A model generated the notes under the pieces. That model was given only the letters and a program-made list of their open reading frames with translations, was not told where the DNA came from and ran no database searches. From positions 1-32,936 of the forward strand of contig LT649360.1 of the NCBI GenBank assembly GCA_900128395.1: DNA of 32,936 nt, given 5' to 3'. The translations under genes were made by a program, and so were the position numbers. Of this stretch, positions 10,689-21,715 are shown piece after piece (within the stretch, counting starts at the first letter, position 1; the number at the start of each line of letters is the position of its first letter). Source of the DNA: Stramenopiles sp. TOSAG23-2 (taxonomy: Eukaryota).

Positions 10689-11041
10689 ATTGCCATGTTT
10701 CGACTGTTAACGACGCCATGATTAATCAACTATGTGTTTTTATATACGGACGGTACGTTTTCAATTGTCTTTTTATACGGTACTATCTTTGTCAATATGT
10801 GTTCAATTGTATGTCAATCGTTCTTGGTTATTATAATGTTTTCTTGTATGTTTTCATCATTGTATATTATGATCTCTGTATGTTGCAATGTGTACACAAG
10901 TCCGGATATATATATTCAGAGGTCATAAAAATGATCAATAATTTGTATAAGGTAGTTTGTGTGATTCGATGATCTCAGCAACTGGATAAGTACAGATTAG
11001 ATAGGTGTGAAATACTATTTACAATACCAAAAATGAGGAGT
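10687..11041 (-). repeat. Dispersed repeat copy C
   Basis: Diverged match to copies A and B, with small indels; identical core gatctcagcaactggataagtacagattagataggtgtgaaatactatttacaata; ATG at 10719 on the minus strand. Confidence 0.9.
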
Positions 11042-11146
11042 TGTTGTTGTTGTTGCACGGAAAAGAATCCAGGGAGAATCTAATAATTTTGAATTAGTAG
11101 AATAAAAATTAAAAATACCTCCGTAAAGAGAAACAACAAGAATTGA

Positions 11147-11179
<33 letters not shown>

Positions 11180-11236
11180 TATTTCTCCATATCCCTTTCT
11201 CCCCCTCCCACCTTTCCCATCTCGAAAAGAATAATT

Positions 11237-13537
11237 ATGATGGAAGAACAACAACATGAAATGCCGGAAAGTTTAGAATATCTATCGGAACATATCATAA
11301 TTAATAACCCATTGGAACAATATTATTATCCATTGAAACTAAAACAAGATGACCTTTTATCACAATTTTTAATGTTCAAAAATGATATTCTAATACAACA
11401 ACAACAACGACAACAACAACAACAATCTAATGCAAAAGTCAAGTCAACGTCTAAATCCAAGTCCAATAAGACACCATCACCACCACGGAATAAAAATAAT
11501 CTCGATGTAGCATCTCGTTTAATAGAAAAACAAAAAATAAAAGAAGCAAAATTAGAAAAATTGCGTCAAGAAAAATTAAATAAAATAGAAGCAGAAAGAA
11601 AAGCTAATACACCAGTTATGTCCCAAAAATCAAGACAAATAATGAAACATAGGGTACACACCCCAACTACATTGTATGATCGTCATCATGCTATGAAAGA
11701 AGTGCAAGTTAAAAAAAAGCAGCGTTTGAAAGAAATTATAGACCAGGAAAAAATGAAAGAAATGAAAAATTCACCATCTATCAATCAAGCTAGTAAAAAA
11801 ATGGCAAAACGTGGTGTTGATAAAATGATGGAATGGGAGAAAAAACGTCAAGCTAAATTAGAAAAATTAAAGCAAGAAAAAATTGAAAGAGAAAAAAGTC
11901 ATGTCATTTTACCAAAAGCGTCGAAAAAATCAGAGAAAATATTATTAAAAAAGAAAAGACAATTAAAGAAGCAAAAAGAGGAAAGGGAAAAATTAATGCG
12001 CCAACAAGAAAAAACACAGCAAATGCAAGTTGTAATAGAGGAAGAAGAAAATGACTATGATAATATTATTGAATCATTCCATACTACTAATAACACGAAT
12101 AATCACAAATTGTCTCCAACTTCAGCGGCTGCTAAACGTTTATTTGAACAGGCAAAAATGCAACAAAGACGTAAAGAAGAATTGGCAAATGAAATTCAAT
12201 TTTCACATAGTCCAAAATTAATTTCACGTTCAAAAAATTATAAAAGAAACAATAACAATGATAGAACAAATAAAATTGATGTATCCGATAGATTATATCG
12301 TCTTGCAAAGAAACGAGAAGTTCAAGCACATCATAAGCAGTTTATGAAAGAACAATTAGAAGTAATAGATAAAGAATCCGGTCGAGAATTGTTTAAACCA
12401 AAAATAAATAAAAGATCGAAAAAGATTATGCAAAATAAAGCATCATATGATTGGAGAGATGAACTTCCAGTTGAAGATAGATTGTATACTACTGGAATTA
12501 AATATAATAAGAAAAAAGAAAATGAACGAAGAAAACATGCACAAATGGTTAAAGCTAAAATGGAAAATAAACATATTAGTCTCAATAGTGAAATACTTGC
12601 TGATAGGCGAGCAAAGAAACGGAATGATAATTGTAACAAAAAAAAATCGAATATAGGCTTTCAAAGACCAATCGGTAATGTAAAACAATCAACATTAAAT
12701 TCAATAGTGCGACCCACGTTTCAACCAAATATTGATGATGTTGGTAAAAATGATAATAATATGAAGAAGAAAAATATTCAAAAAAAAGCCCCGCCATCAT
12801 CACCATCTGTTAAAGCCAAACCATTGATCTCCAAACAGGAAAAAGAAACGTATATAAAATATCAAAAGAATCAAGCAAAAATGGTACAAACTGCGAAGCG
12901 GAAAAAAGAAAGCGCAAAAATTCATAATCTGGTGAAAAATCGTATATTTAGCAAAAATATGGATAAATCATCTATTGGAAAGAACTATAATAATAGTATT
13001 AATAATAATAATAGAAATGAACGGAGAGTATCATCTGGTCAACGAAAAAAATTAAAGAAAAAAACAAATAGTCACATCATTGATGACAATGATGTAGTAC
13101 AATCAAAGTTACGAAACAAGTTATTTGGCTCCAGTGTATATACCACCAGCAAAAATGGTAATGAAAATCCTGAAAAAAAAATTATTCTTACTGCAGATGA
13201 AGCTGCTATGAGCTATGTTGATAGATTAAATCTGATAAATAAAAAAAATAATATTCCATATGTTAATAATATGGAAGTTCCGAATTATTATTATGAAGAA
13301 GAAAAAGACGAAGAAGATGATGACAATAATATTATTAATCCATATTTCAATTCAAGCGACAAAAGTACAGGAAGTACGGAAAGGGCGATGCATACCAACT
13401 TACCACTTTCACGTTCAAATGCAAATACTAATGATGAAGATGATCCGGACGATTGGAAAGAATATGTATCTAGCGCTGGGTATGTGTATTATTACAATGA
13501 AAAAAGAAATATAACACAATGGGAGAAACCCATGTAA
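11237..13537 (+). CDS. Lys/Glu-rich coiled-coil protein with a C-terminal WW domain
   Basis: 766-aa ORF; recurring (F)xPxIN..S and (D/E)RLY motifs; terminal DPDDWKEYVSSAGYVYYYNEKRNITQWEKP is a WW domain. Confidence 0.8.
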   Translation: MMEEQQHEMPESLEYLSEHIIINNPLEQYYYPLKLKQDDLLSQFLMFKNDILIQQQQRQQQQQSNAKVKSTSKSKSNKTPSPPRNKNNLDVASRLIEKQKIKEAKLEKLRQEKLNKIEAERKANTPVMSQKSRQIMKHRVHTPTTLYDRHHAMKEVQVKKKQRLKEIIDQEKMKEMKNSPSINQASKKMAKRGVDKMMEWEKKRQAKLEKLKQEKIEREKSHVILPKASKKSEKILLKKKRQLKKQKEEREKLMRQQEKTQQMQVVIEEEENDYDNIIESFHTTNNTNNHKLSPTSAAAKRLFEQAKMQQRRKEELANEIQFSHSPKLISRSKNYKRNNNNDRTNKIDVSDRLYRLAKKREVQAHHKQFMKEQLEVIDKESGRELFKPKINKRSKKIMQNKASYDWRDELPVEDRLYTTGIKYNKKKENERRKHAQMVKAKMENKHISLNSEILADRRAKKRNDNCNKKKSNIGFQRPIGNVKQSTLNSIVRPTFQPNIDDVGKNDNNMKKKNIQKKAPPSSPSVKAKPLISKQEKETYIKYQKNQAKMVQTAKRKKESAKIHNLVKNRIFSKNMDKSSIGKNYNNSINNNNRNERRVSSGQRKKLKKKTNSHIIDDNDVVQSKLRNKLFGSSVYTTSKNGNENPEKKIILTADEAAMSYVDRLNLINKKNNIPYVNNMEVPNYYYEEEKDEEDDDNNIINPYFNSSDKSTGSTERAMHTNLPLSRSNANTNDEDDPDDWKEYVSSAGYVYYYNEKRNITQWEKPM

Positions 13538-13944
13538 CTGTTTCAATTACGCTGTCATAATTAATACGTATAATTTACGATGTACGTATATTTTTTTTAA
13601 TTTTTAACTTAAATCAATTGTACATCATTTTGCATATATACGTACATCATATCATAAAAAAAAATAAAAAAAAAATATATATAATATATAAAATGTTCTC
13701 TTACTCATATATTATATATATACGAGTTCGTATAAAAAAAAGTACGAACATTCGTTCTAGAGGAATTATCAAATGATGAGTAAATTAAAAAATAACTTAA
13801 TGCATTAATTAATATAATATTAATATTTATTTTAATATTTTTTAAAAATTAAAAAACATTACATGACATATTATTTGTACAAACTTCTAAAAATAAAAAT
13901 ACACGGCACGCACACACAAACATACAACTCTGCACCACGTCAGA

Positions 13945-14619
13945 TCATTGCACAATACAACATAAACATTTATTTGCCTCTGCTTTCAAACTGCTTTTTG
14001 CATCATCATCAAATTCTGTTTCAACAGCAATTGCTGATGCTGTTCTATTCATAGTACGGCGTGTACTACTTTGTTTTCCATCTTCTTGATCAGATTTTCT
14101 TAGATTAAGTGGAATTAATTTATTCTTGGTATTTCCATTTGGATTATACGGAATTGTAGACATTCTTGCATTCATGACAATTCTCTCTCTTTTCTTTTTC
14201 TTTTCAATATATTCAGAACTTAATTCATGCAAACATTTAACCCATTCTTCCGCTTTGGATGGTGATTCAGCTTCAAAAAAATATTTTCGATATGGATTTT
14301 CGTCATATTCATCACCGTTATCAGCTTTTGTTACCAGTCTAAATCGAATCTTGTTTTTCTTTTTATTATCACTATTATCAAATTTACAAGACACTATGGA
14401 GTCAAATGGAATTTTTTTCAATACAGGCGAATCCTCCGTTTTTGAATAAAGTAACGCCCGTTCCACATTATTAACTTGAAAGTACCTAGAGTTCCAAATA
14501 GTACGACCAAATCTAACACCTTTTGTCTTCTTCTTTTTAAGATATCCTTCTTTTACAACTGGAATAACATCCGCGGCCAAATCCTCTAAATCTAAATTAA
14601 AATCATCAACACCAGCCAT
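13945..14619 (-). CDS. PH-domain protein with a C-terminal CaaX motif
   Basis: VKEGYLKKKK...WNSRYF...LLYSK...IPFDSI...YFFEAESPSKAEEWVKCL; ends KCLCCIVQ. Confidence 0.88.
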   Translation of the reverse strand: MAGVDDFNLDLEDLAADVIPVVKEGYLKKKKTKGVRFGRTIWNSRYFQVNNVERALLYSKTEDSPVLKKIPFDSIVSCKFDNSDNKKKNKIRFRLVTKADNGDEYDENPYRKYFFEAESPSKAEEWVKCLHELSSEYIEKKKKRERIVMNARMSTIPYNPNGNTKNKLIPLNLRKSDQEDGKQSSTRRTMNRTASAIAVETEFDDDAKSSLKAEANKCLCCIVQ

Positions 14620-15401
14620 GATGTATTATTACAATATTATTACTATCTGTATAAATGTGTATATATTGAATGACAAATAATAAAAATGAATTATAAACCA
14701 AAGATGAATATACAAAATGCCACAATATTATTTTATATAACACTCACAACAACCATAACAATCACAAGTTGACAAATAGCACTTGTGATATCTATATGCA
14801 TACCAAAAATTAATTAATTCCCTGCCCTGAAGTGTGTGGGTGTCAATAATGTATCTTGTGTTTCTATATGTTGTTTTTAATATTATAAGGATCTATTTAT
14901 GTGTAATATTGTAGTATAATATCTTATAGTGTTTATAGTGTAAAAGTTTCTATTAATGTAGTTAAATTTCACTTAGCAGCTGAGTGTGTACACTTCAAAG
15001 GGTGTGGCAAGATTATAGCGAAGTGATCACTCTTCCAATTTTCCAAATGGCTTCCAAAACTATTCAACAGGAATTTTGACTACAAGTTAAATTTTCAATT
15101 ATTTCATAGGTAAATATTTTCATTATGAAAAAGTAAAAAAAATCGGAGGTGTAAAGATAATAATAGTTGCAATACAGGCAAATACCATTATTTTATTAAA
15201 ATAGCGTCACGAGCATCCCGATTCATTATCTGTCTATATAGATATGTAAACCTGGTATAATTTAGAATAAAAAAAAGAAAAGAATATAATTAGAATAATG
15301 ACTATACTGTGTATATATTAGAATAAAAAAAAGAAAAGAATATAATAACATATGCATATATATATGTATATAGATAGATAACCAATAATTTAAAAAAAAA
15401 A

Positions 15402-17582
15402 ATGGCATCGATTGCAAATAATAACGTTCCTGATGACGAGAGAAGAGGCAAAGATGCAAACGACATCGTAACACTTAGCCAACTATATTCACAAAAGTTA
15501 CAAATATCACCATCAAATGCTACAAGGTTAATTAATAACCATCAAATATTACTAACATTAGGAAATAATGGTATACTGTTAGTTCAAGATATTGTCAATA
15601 TTATAAAAGAGGAAAATGAAGAAGAAGCTCGAAAACGTGAGGCAAACTATTTAGTTCGAGGTCAATTTGCGCGTAAAGATACATATACATTTTATTTAAA
15701 ATATGAAAGAATGTATCAAGATGCATTAATAGCTTCAAATATTCAAGCAACTGGTAAAAAAGGTAAAATTATTAAGAAAGATATTTTACGTGCAATGAAT
15801 AATCATCATAATGGCAATGCTGTTGACGATAACAATAACAATAAAATTAATATTGTCGATCAATCGTTTATTGATATATTACCAAGTGGGGGTGCTGGAC
15901 AAGTTATTGTCCATGCTATACTTGAGATGTTAGATATGAAATCATTAAGTTCATTGATATATTCATCCTTTATTCAATTGTTTTGTAAAGATCGACATGA
16001 TTTTACGTTGGATCAATTGTGTAAAAGGATACAATGTTAGATATGAAATCATTAAGTTCATTGATATATTCATCCTTTATTCAATTGTTTTGTAAAGATC
16101 GACATGATTTTACGTTGGATCAATTGTGTAAAAGGATACAATATCCGTATAAAATAATATTTGTACAAAATTTGACAGAAAAATTGTATAGAGATACTAC
16201 TCATTCCGAGAGTTACGGAGACGCGTATTTATCTTATGTATTAACCATGGATAGAGTAGAGGATTTCGGTGAAATGGTTAAGCATTTTCGTCTATTACAT
16301 CTAGATATAAACGCACAGGTTCCTTTTAATGGTAAAACTATTGTACACCAGCTAAGAGACATCTATCTACTATCTGACGTGTTGGGAATCCATGTAGGGG
16401 AATCAATATTGAAATTACCTAATATCGATCTAAATATTAAAGACAAACATGGTAATACGCCGTTGTTGTCTTTTTATTTAAATGGAGTAGACGATGATGA
16501 TAAATGCGTAGTTGCATTAAAGCAAAATGGAGGGGAGACTGGTCTCCCGCCATTACTTGAAGCTTCATGCTTGAATAATTTAGATGAAGTGAAAAAGCTT
16601 TTAAACAAAGATGATATCGACATTAATCAAACAGACGAGATGGGCCGAACAGCATTACATTTCGCATCATACATGGGACATACTGAGATTGGGAAACATT
16701 TGCTCTTAACCGATGATATCGACGTTAACAAAACTTGCAGTGTACCTGATTGGAATGATCTGGTTTACGAACTGGTTTACGAACTGGGGGAATGTGGGCT
16801 CACACCAATAAACATAAAATTTCGCATCATACATGGGACATACTGAGATTGGGAAACATTTGCTCTTAACCGATGATATCGACGTTAACAAAACTTGCAG
16901 TGTACCTGATTGGAATGATCTGGTTTACGAACTGGTTTACGAACTGGGGGAATGTGGGCTCACACCAATAAACATCGCAGCATTCTATGGACATTACGAA
17001 ATTTGTGAGTTATTGCTCAGCCATCCTAAGCTGGATTCTATAAACAAAATAGATGAAATCCATGGGCGTACGGTGTTGCATTATGCAGTAATAGGAGCAA
17101 GAGAGAAACTTGTTAGATTATTGTTGAATTATCCTAATATTGATTTGAGAATAGTAGACCGTAGTCGTGATAGAACACCGTGGAAGTACGCCTGGGAATG
17201 TGGGCTCACACCAATAAACATCGCAGCATTCTATGGACATTACGAAATTTGTGAGTTATTGCTCAGCCATCCTAAGCTGGATTCTATAAACAAAATAGAT
17301 GAAATCCATGGGCGTACGGTGTTGCATTATGCAGTAATAGGAGCAAGAGAGAAACTTGTTAGATTATTGTTGAATTATCCTAATATTGATTTGAGAATAG
17401 TAGACCGTAGTCGTGATAGAACACCGTGGAAGTACGCCTGGGGTCAAGGAGCGACGACTCTTATGAAACTATTAGAAGAAAGGGGAGGTGGTAGTAAAGG
17501 GGAATTTGAAATCGACGCTCATAGTTCTGAAGAGGAGCGGACAACAGATGATGATGATGATGATTCAGATTCATCTCAATGA
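15402..17582 (+). CDS. Ankyrin-repeat protein with an F-box-like segment; one gene split into three ORFs by exact duplications
   Basis: Ankyrin motifs (KDKHGNTPL, GRTALHFASYMGHTEI, GLTPINIAAFYGHYEI, GRTVLHYAV). Removing the 107-, 160- and 246-bp duplications gives one ~555-aa ORF. ILP...IVHAILEMLDMKSL is F-box-like. Confidence 0.75.
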
Positions 17583-17825
17583 TTCGTCGGATGGCAATTA
17601 AAAGTGTATTACACAGTGTGTGTTTTAAAAAAAATATGATATTATTATGCACCATTTTGTACAAATATTTTAGACGCGTGTAAATGCTTTTAAACTTTCC
17701 CCTCTCTGTGTTTTCTACGAGTACATCGTAAATTTTTTTGAACTCTCACTAGCACGCACTGCATTGCCACTACAAGTTTTAGACGATAAATATAAATCTA
17801 ATAAAAAATGATATCAAATTTTTTC

Positions 17826-19204
17826 TTATGATTTCTTCCGTTTCTTTCTCAAACGCTCTGTCAATGGCAGTGACAACAACTCGTCATCACTATCATCAAA
17901 TGTCAAGTCAATTACCACTTCACTTTCATTATTATTTGACGTTTCCCCAAACTGTTTCTTTCTTTTACTACCAGCACCATCAGTATCAGTTTTAGTATCT
18001 CGTTTTTTCTTTTTCTTCTTTCTCTTGATACGTTGCATTTTTCCTTTACTACCACCATCTTTTTTCAATTCATAATTAGTAGTAGTAGTAGTAGCAACAC
18101 CTCCATCCAACATCATACTCCCTGTCTTCATTGCCGTTTTCCTCCTCCTGCTGCTACTACTACTACTACTACTTCTACTACTGCTACTACTACTACTACT
18201 ACTACTACTACTGCCACCACCACCACCATCATTACAACTGTTACTGCCACCATTCCCAAACGCAAATGTGACAAGATCACGTGCCCAACAATATACCATC
18301 CATTTACAATCAACACTAAAACCTGCAATATTTACACTACTACCAGATTTATTACTTTGTGTATATTTTTACTGCCACCATTCCCAAACGCAAATGTGAC
18401 AAGATCACGTGCCCAACAATATACCATCCATTTACAATCAACACTAAAACCTGCAATATTTACACTACTACCAGATTTATTACTTTGTGTATATTTCCTA
18501 CCCCATGAATCAGCAAATAAAAGTTTTGTTTGATTATAACCAACTGCAACGCGACAATGTTCATTTACATTAATAACAACTGGAATACCTTGATCAATTT
18601 GATTTTCAATATAATACGCAATTTCATATATATGTTTCATCTTTTCATATTCACCAGGATGAGGAATATTATAACGTTGAATCATCATATTTTTATCATT
18701 TTTCCAAAATTCTTCATTAAAGCATTGTTCCCGTTTATCTTCACTTCTTAATGGCATATATATCAATCCATCGTGAGATTTAATCAATGGTTTTGATATC
18801 ATATCCAATGCTTCGCCTAAATCACTAGATGCATCTAACGTACCAATTTGCATCGGTGGTTTCCAATATTTTCTCCAACTTCTTTTAACTTTATAATATG
18901 GTAATTTCAAAAAATGTTTTGTATGACCATGTAGCTCAAATGCATTAAATATTGCTACCATAGAGCAAGCACCATTTTGTCCTTGATCGATTCCATTGTA
19001 TTTATTTACATCAATGACTGCATTTGGAAATGCTTCAATAATATTTCTACGTTCTTGAACTACTCTTGGACTAGTTATATCTGTATATTTTCCAACTAAA
19101 TATTTTGCTTCACCTTCATGTCCACGATAATCACGTAGTTTCGTGCGCGATATACGTGTCATTTTATATTTTTTCGATAATTCCAAACGTTTTTGTTTGT
19201 ACAT
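17826..19204 (-). CDS. Papain-like (clan CA) cysteine peptidase with a Ser/Lys-rich tail; frameshifted by a 128-bp duplication
   Basis: DQGQNGACSM (Gln oxyanion + catalytic Cys), QGIPVVI, EHCRVAVGY (His), ADSWG (Asp in place of papain Asn). Collapsing the 18241/18369 duplication joins ORFs 18332-19204 and 17826-18299 into ~416 aa. Confidence 0.7.
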
Positions 19205-19420
19205 CGTTTTGTTTTATTTTGTATTTATTATTATTAAATGCCGACAGGTATTATTATGCTTATTATTGTTGCAATATTGTAATTTATTGTTGTTGTTATT
19301 TATCGTTTGTTTTGTATATATGTATATTCTATTTCTTGCTGTATATATATTTACCTTCCTCTTATATTCTTAATTCATGGATGTCTTTATTTCATTTTAA
19401 TTTATTATAAAATGTACATA

Positions 19421-19857
19421 CAGTATTAGATAAATTATCTTTAAGTTAGCACCTCAATAGCACTGATCATGCAAAATCACAAAATAAATTAGTATATATG
19501 CTGAAAAATTTGCAAATTTGCAACCTGCAAATCTCCATCAGCAATATAACTAACTAGCATTACAAATATAATATACATAGGTAAGATAAAAAAATACACT
19601 TCCTCTTTCCTTTCCCTATGCACTTTTCGGCATTTTGGGATTGTTAGAGGCCGTTTATATATTTTATCGCAGATCTCGTTTACAAAATAATCTTCTAGTA
19701 AATTTGAGAGTTATTGGCATAAAAAAAGGCTTGGTGATGCAACCTCATCAAATTAGTATAGTATACTTTCTCTATAAAAAGTGTACTGTTACTCCTATAT
19801 AGCTTTGCCTACGTAGCTTTGCTATCATAGCGATGTAACCTTTCTTATAATACTACT
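19421..19857 (+). repeat. 437-bp direct repeat, copy 1
   Basis: cagtattagataaattatc...tttcttataatactact, apparently identical to 20399-20835. Confidence 0.93.
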
Positions 19858-20398
19858 TATAACTAGCTGCCGTCCGGAATTTTAAGCACACGCCGTCCGT
19901 TGAACCACACTAGTCAAATACAATGCCCATGAGTATTAAAACTGGGTAATAAAAGGATCCTTAATAAAATCCTTCTAAAAGGATCGCCTTAAAAGCGTCT
20001 AAACAGTAACATATCGAGTGAAAGAAGCATCTTTTAAGGAAAAAACATAGCGTTATAGCTATATCGACGCAACCAAAGAAGGTTGATAGTGTCTCGATAA
20101 AAAATTGTAAGTTTACCAAAATCTGGCCCATTTTCGTAAAGAATTCAATAACCAAAAATACACACTTAAATTTGTACGGTACCTTATACTAAACTAAGAA
20201 GGGACATGTGCACAGCGCAGCTTAGTCAAATATTAAGGAATTAGACAGCGAAGACGTACAAAAATACAAATATAGCACAATTGCAGCCGCAATTACAAGA
20301 CTATCCCTTTATTATATTCCTCCCAAAAACAAATTAAGGGTAATATATAATTACTATCATAAAATGATAGGGGTAATTATGACATGACAATACTATTT

Positions 20399-20835
20399 CA
20401 GTATTAGATAAATTATCTTTAAGTTAGCACCTCAATAGCACTGATCATGCAAAATCACAAAATAAATTAGTATATATGCTGAAAAATTTGCAAATTTGCA
20501 ACCTGCAAATCTCCATCAGCAATATAACTAACTAGCATTACAAATATAATATACATAGGTAAGATAAAAAAATACACTTCCTCTTTCCTTTCCCTATGCA
20601 CTTTTCGGCATTTTGGGATTGTTAGAGGCCGTTTATATATTTTATCGCAGATCTCGTTTACAAAATAATCTTCTAGTAAATTTGAGAGTTATTGGCATAA
20701 AAAAAGGCTTGGTGATGCAACCTCATCAAATTAGTATAGTATACTTTCTCTATAAAAAGTGTACTGTTACTCCTATATAGCTTTGCCTACGTAGCTTTGC
20801 TATCATAGCGATGTAACCTTTCTTATAATACTACT
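20399..20835 (+). repeat. 437-bp direct repeat, copy 2
   Basis: Apparently identical to 19421-19857; 541 bp of unique sequence lies between the copies. Confidence 0.93.
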
Positions 20836-21070
20836 ACTACTACTATATTGAAATTGAAGTAGTTCTTCCAGAGGTCCTAGACTTTTTTCTTTAGTTCCAG
20901 AGCTCCTCCTGTGTGGCTAATTAAGGATTTCAAATTAAGGATCGCCGACATTTACGAGAGGATGTAAGTTAAAGTACTTCATTCTGTGTTTTAAGGATAT
21001 ACTCCCAAGGTGAAGCGCAAATTGATGATGGCGGTCGTACGCAAGTACGTCTTCAACGAACGTTAAGCGT

Positions 21071-21253
21071 GAGCCGGACTTTTTGAAACGTTTGGATGAA
21101 TTTACCAGTATGGATCAAAAAGACGATCATCTAGATTATTATAAAAAGGACCGCCCATACAGTTATGTGGTGCGAAGCTCGGAAGGCCAGTTGAATTTAA
21201 TGTGCAAGGCATGCCACAGTGTACAAGGAAAGAAACATGGAAACTTTCCATAA
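21071..21253 (+). pseudogene. Possible HNH endonuclease remnant
   Basis: Manual translation: EPDFLKRLDEFTSMDQKDDHLDYYKKDRPYSYVVRSSEGQLNLMCKACHSVQGKKHGNFP*, giving a DH...LMCxxCH...H pattern. Confidence 0.35.
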
Positions 21254-21344
21254 TACTGATAAGATAAATTTGAAAACTCCAAACAGTATGCCGTCCTTGC
21301 TTTCGGCATCATCTTCACACGTTGCTCCACTGCTTTCTCCGTCA

Positions 21345-21556
21345 CCAGTACCATACAACATAGAACGCTTCTCTTCTGATGTCATATGACTCATCGATAT
21401 TCTTGCACGTTGCTCTGGTGATAATTGTGCATTCATCCTCGGATCTGTTGCTAAGTTCTTCTTCTTATTATTATTATTATTGGCTGAGACATTAGTAACT
21501 GCTACTAATATTGATAATAATAATAAAATACATATCTTTGTCATTATTAATTTCAT
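21345..21556 (-). pseudogene. N-terminal fragment of a secreted glycoside hydrolase family 3 (beta-glucosidase-like) protein
   Basis: Signal peptide followed by DPRMNAQLSPEQRARISMSHMTSEEKRSMLYG, resembling the GH3 N-terminal 'R..dll..MTleEK' motif; the ORF then continues into unrelated sequence and stops at 21197. Confidence 0.55.
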
Positions 21557-21562
21557 ATCAAT

Positions 21563-21715
21563 TATATCTTATATATGTATGTTATAACAATTTTATTATT
21601 CTGTGTTTGATACTATCACTTATATCTTGTATATATGTTATAACAATTTTATTATTCTGTGTTTGATACTATCACTGATATCTCATATATATTATAACAA
21701 TTTTATTATTCTATG
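21563..21715. repeat. Imperfect ~55-57 bp tandem repeat, about 2.7 copies, upstream of the GH3 fragment
   Basis: tatatct..tata..ttataacaatttttattattct(g/a)tg recurs three times with substitutions. Confidence 0.8.

Noticed and set aside
10393-11041. Helitron reading of repeat copy C plus GT41 fragment (CTAG at 10393)
   Set aside because: No convincing subterminal hairpin, and the GT41 piece ends at a normal stop facing the kinase, as expected for a resident gene.
11147-11179. (CT)n(AT)n microsatellite and similar tract near 22182
   Set aside because: Ordinary simple repeats in 5' regions; nothing further supports a function.
15402-17582. Three separate ankyrin genes or programmed frameshifting
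   Set aside because: Frame changes coincide exactly with the 107- and 160-bp duplications; collapsing them yields one ORF.
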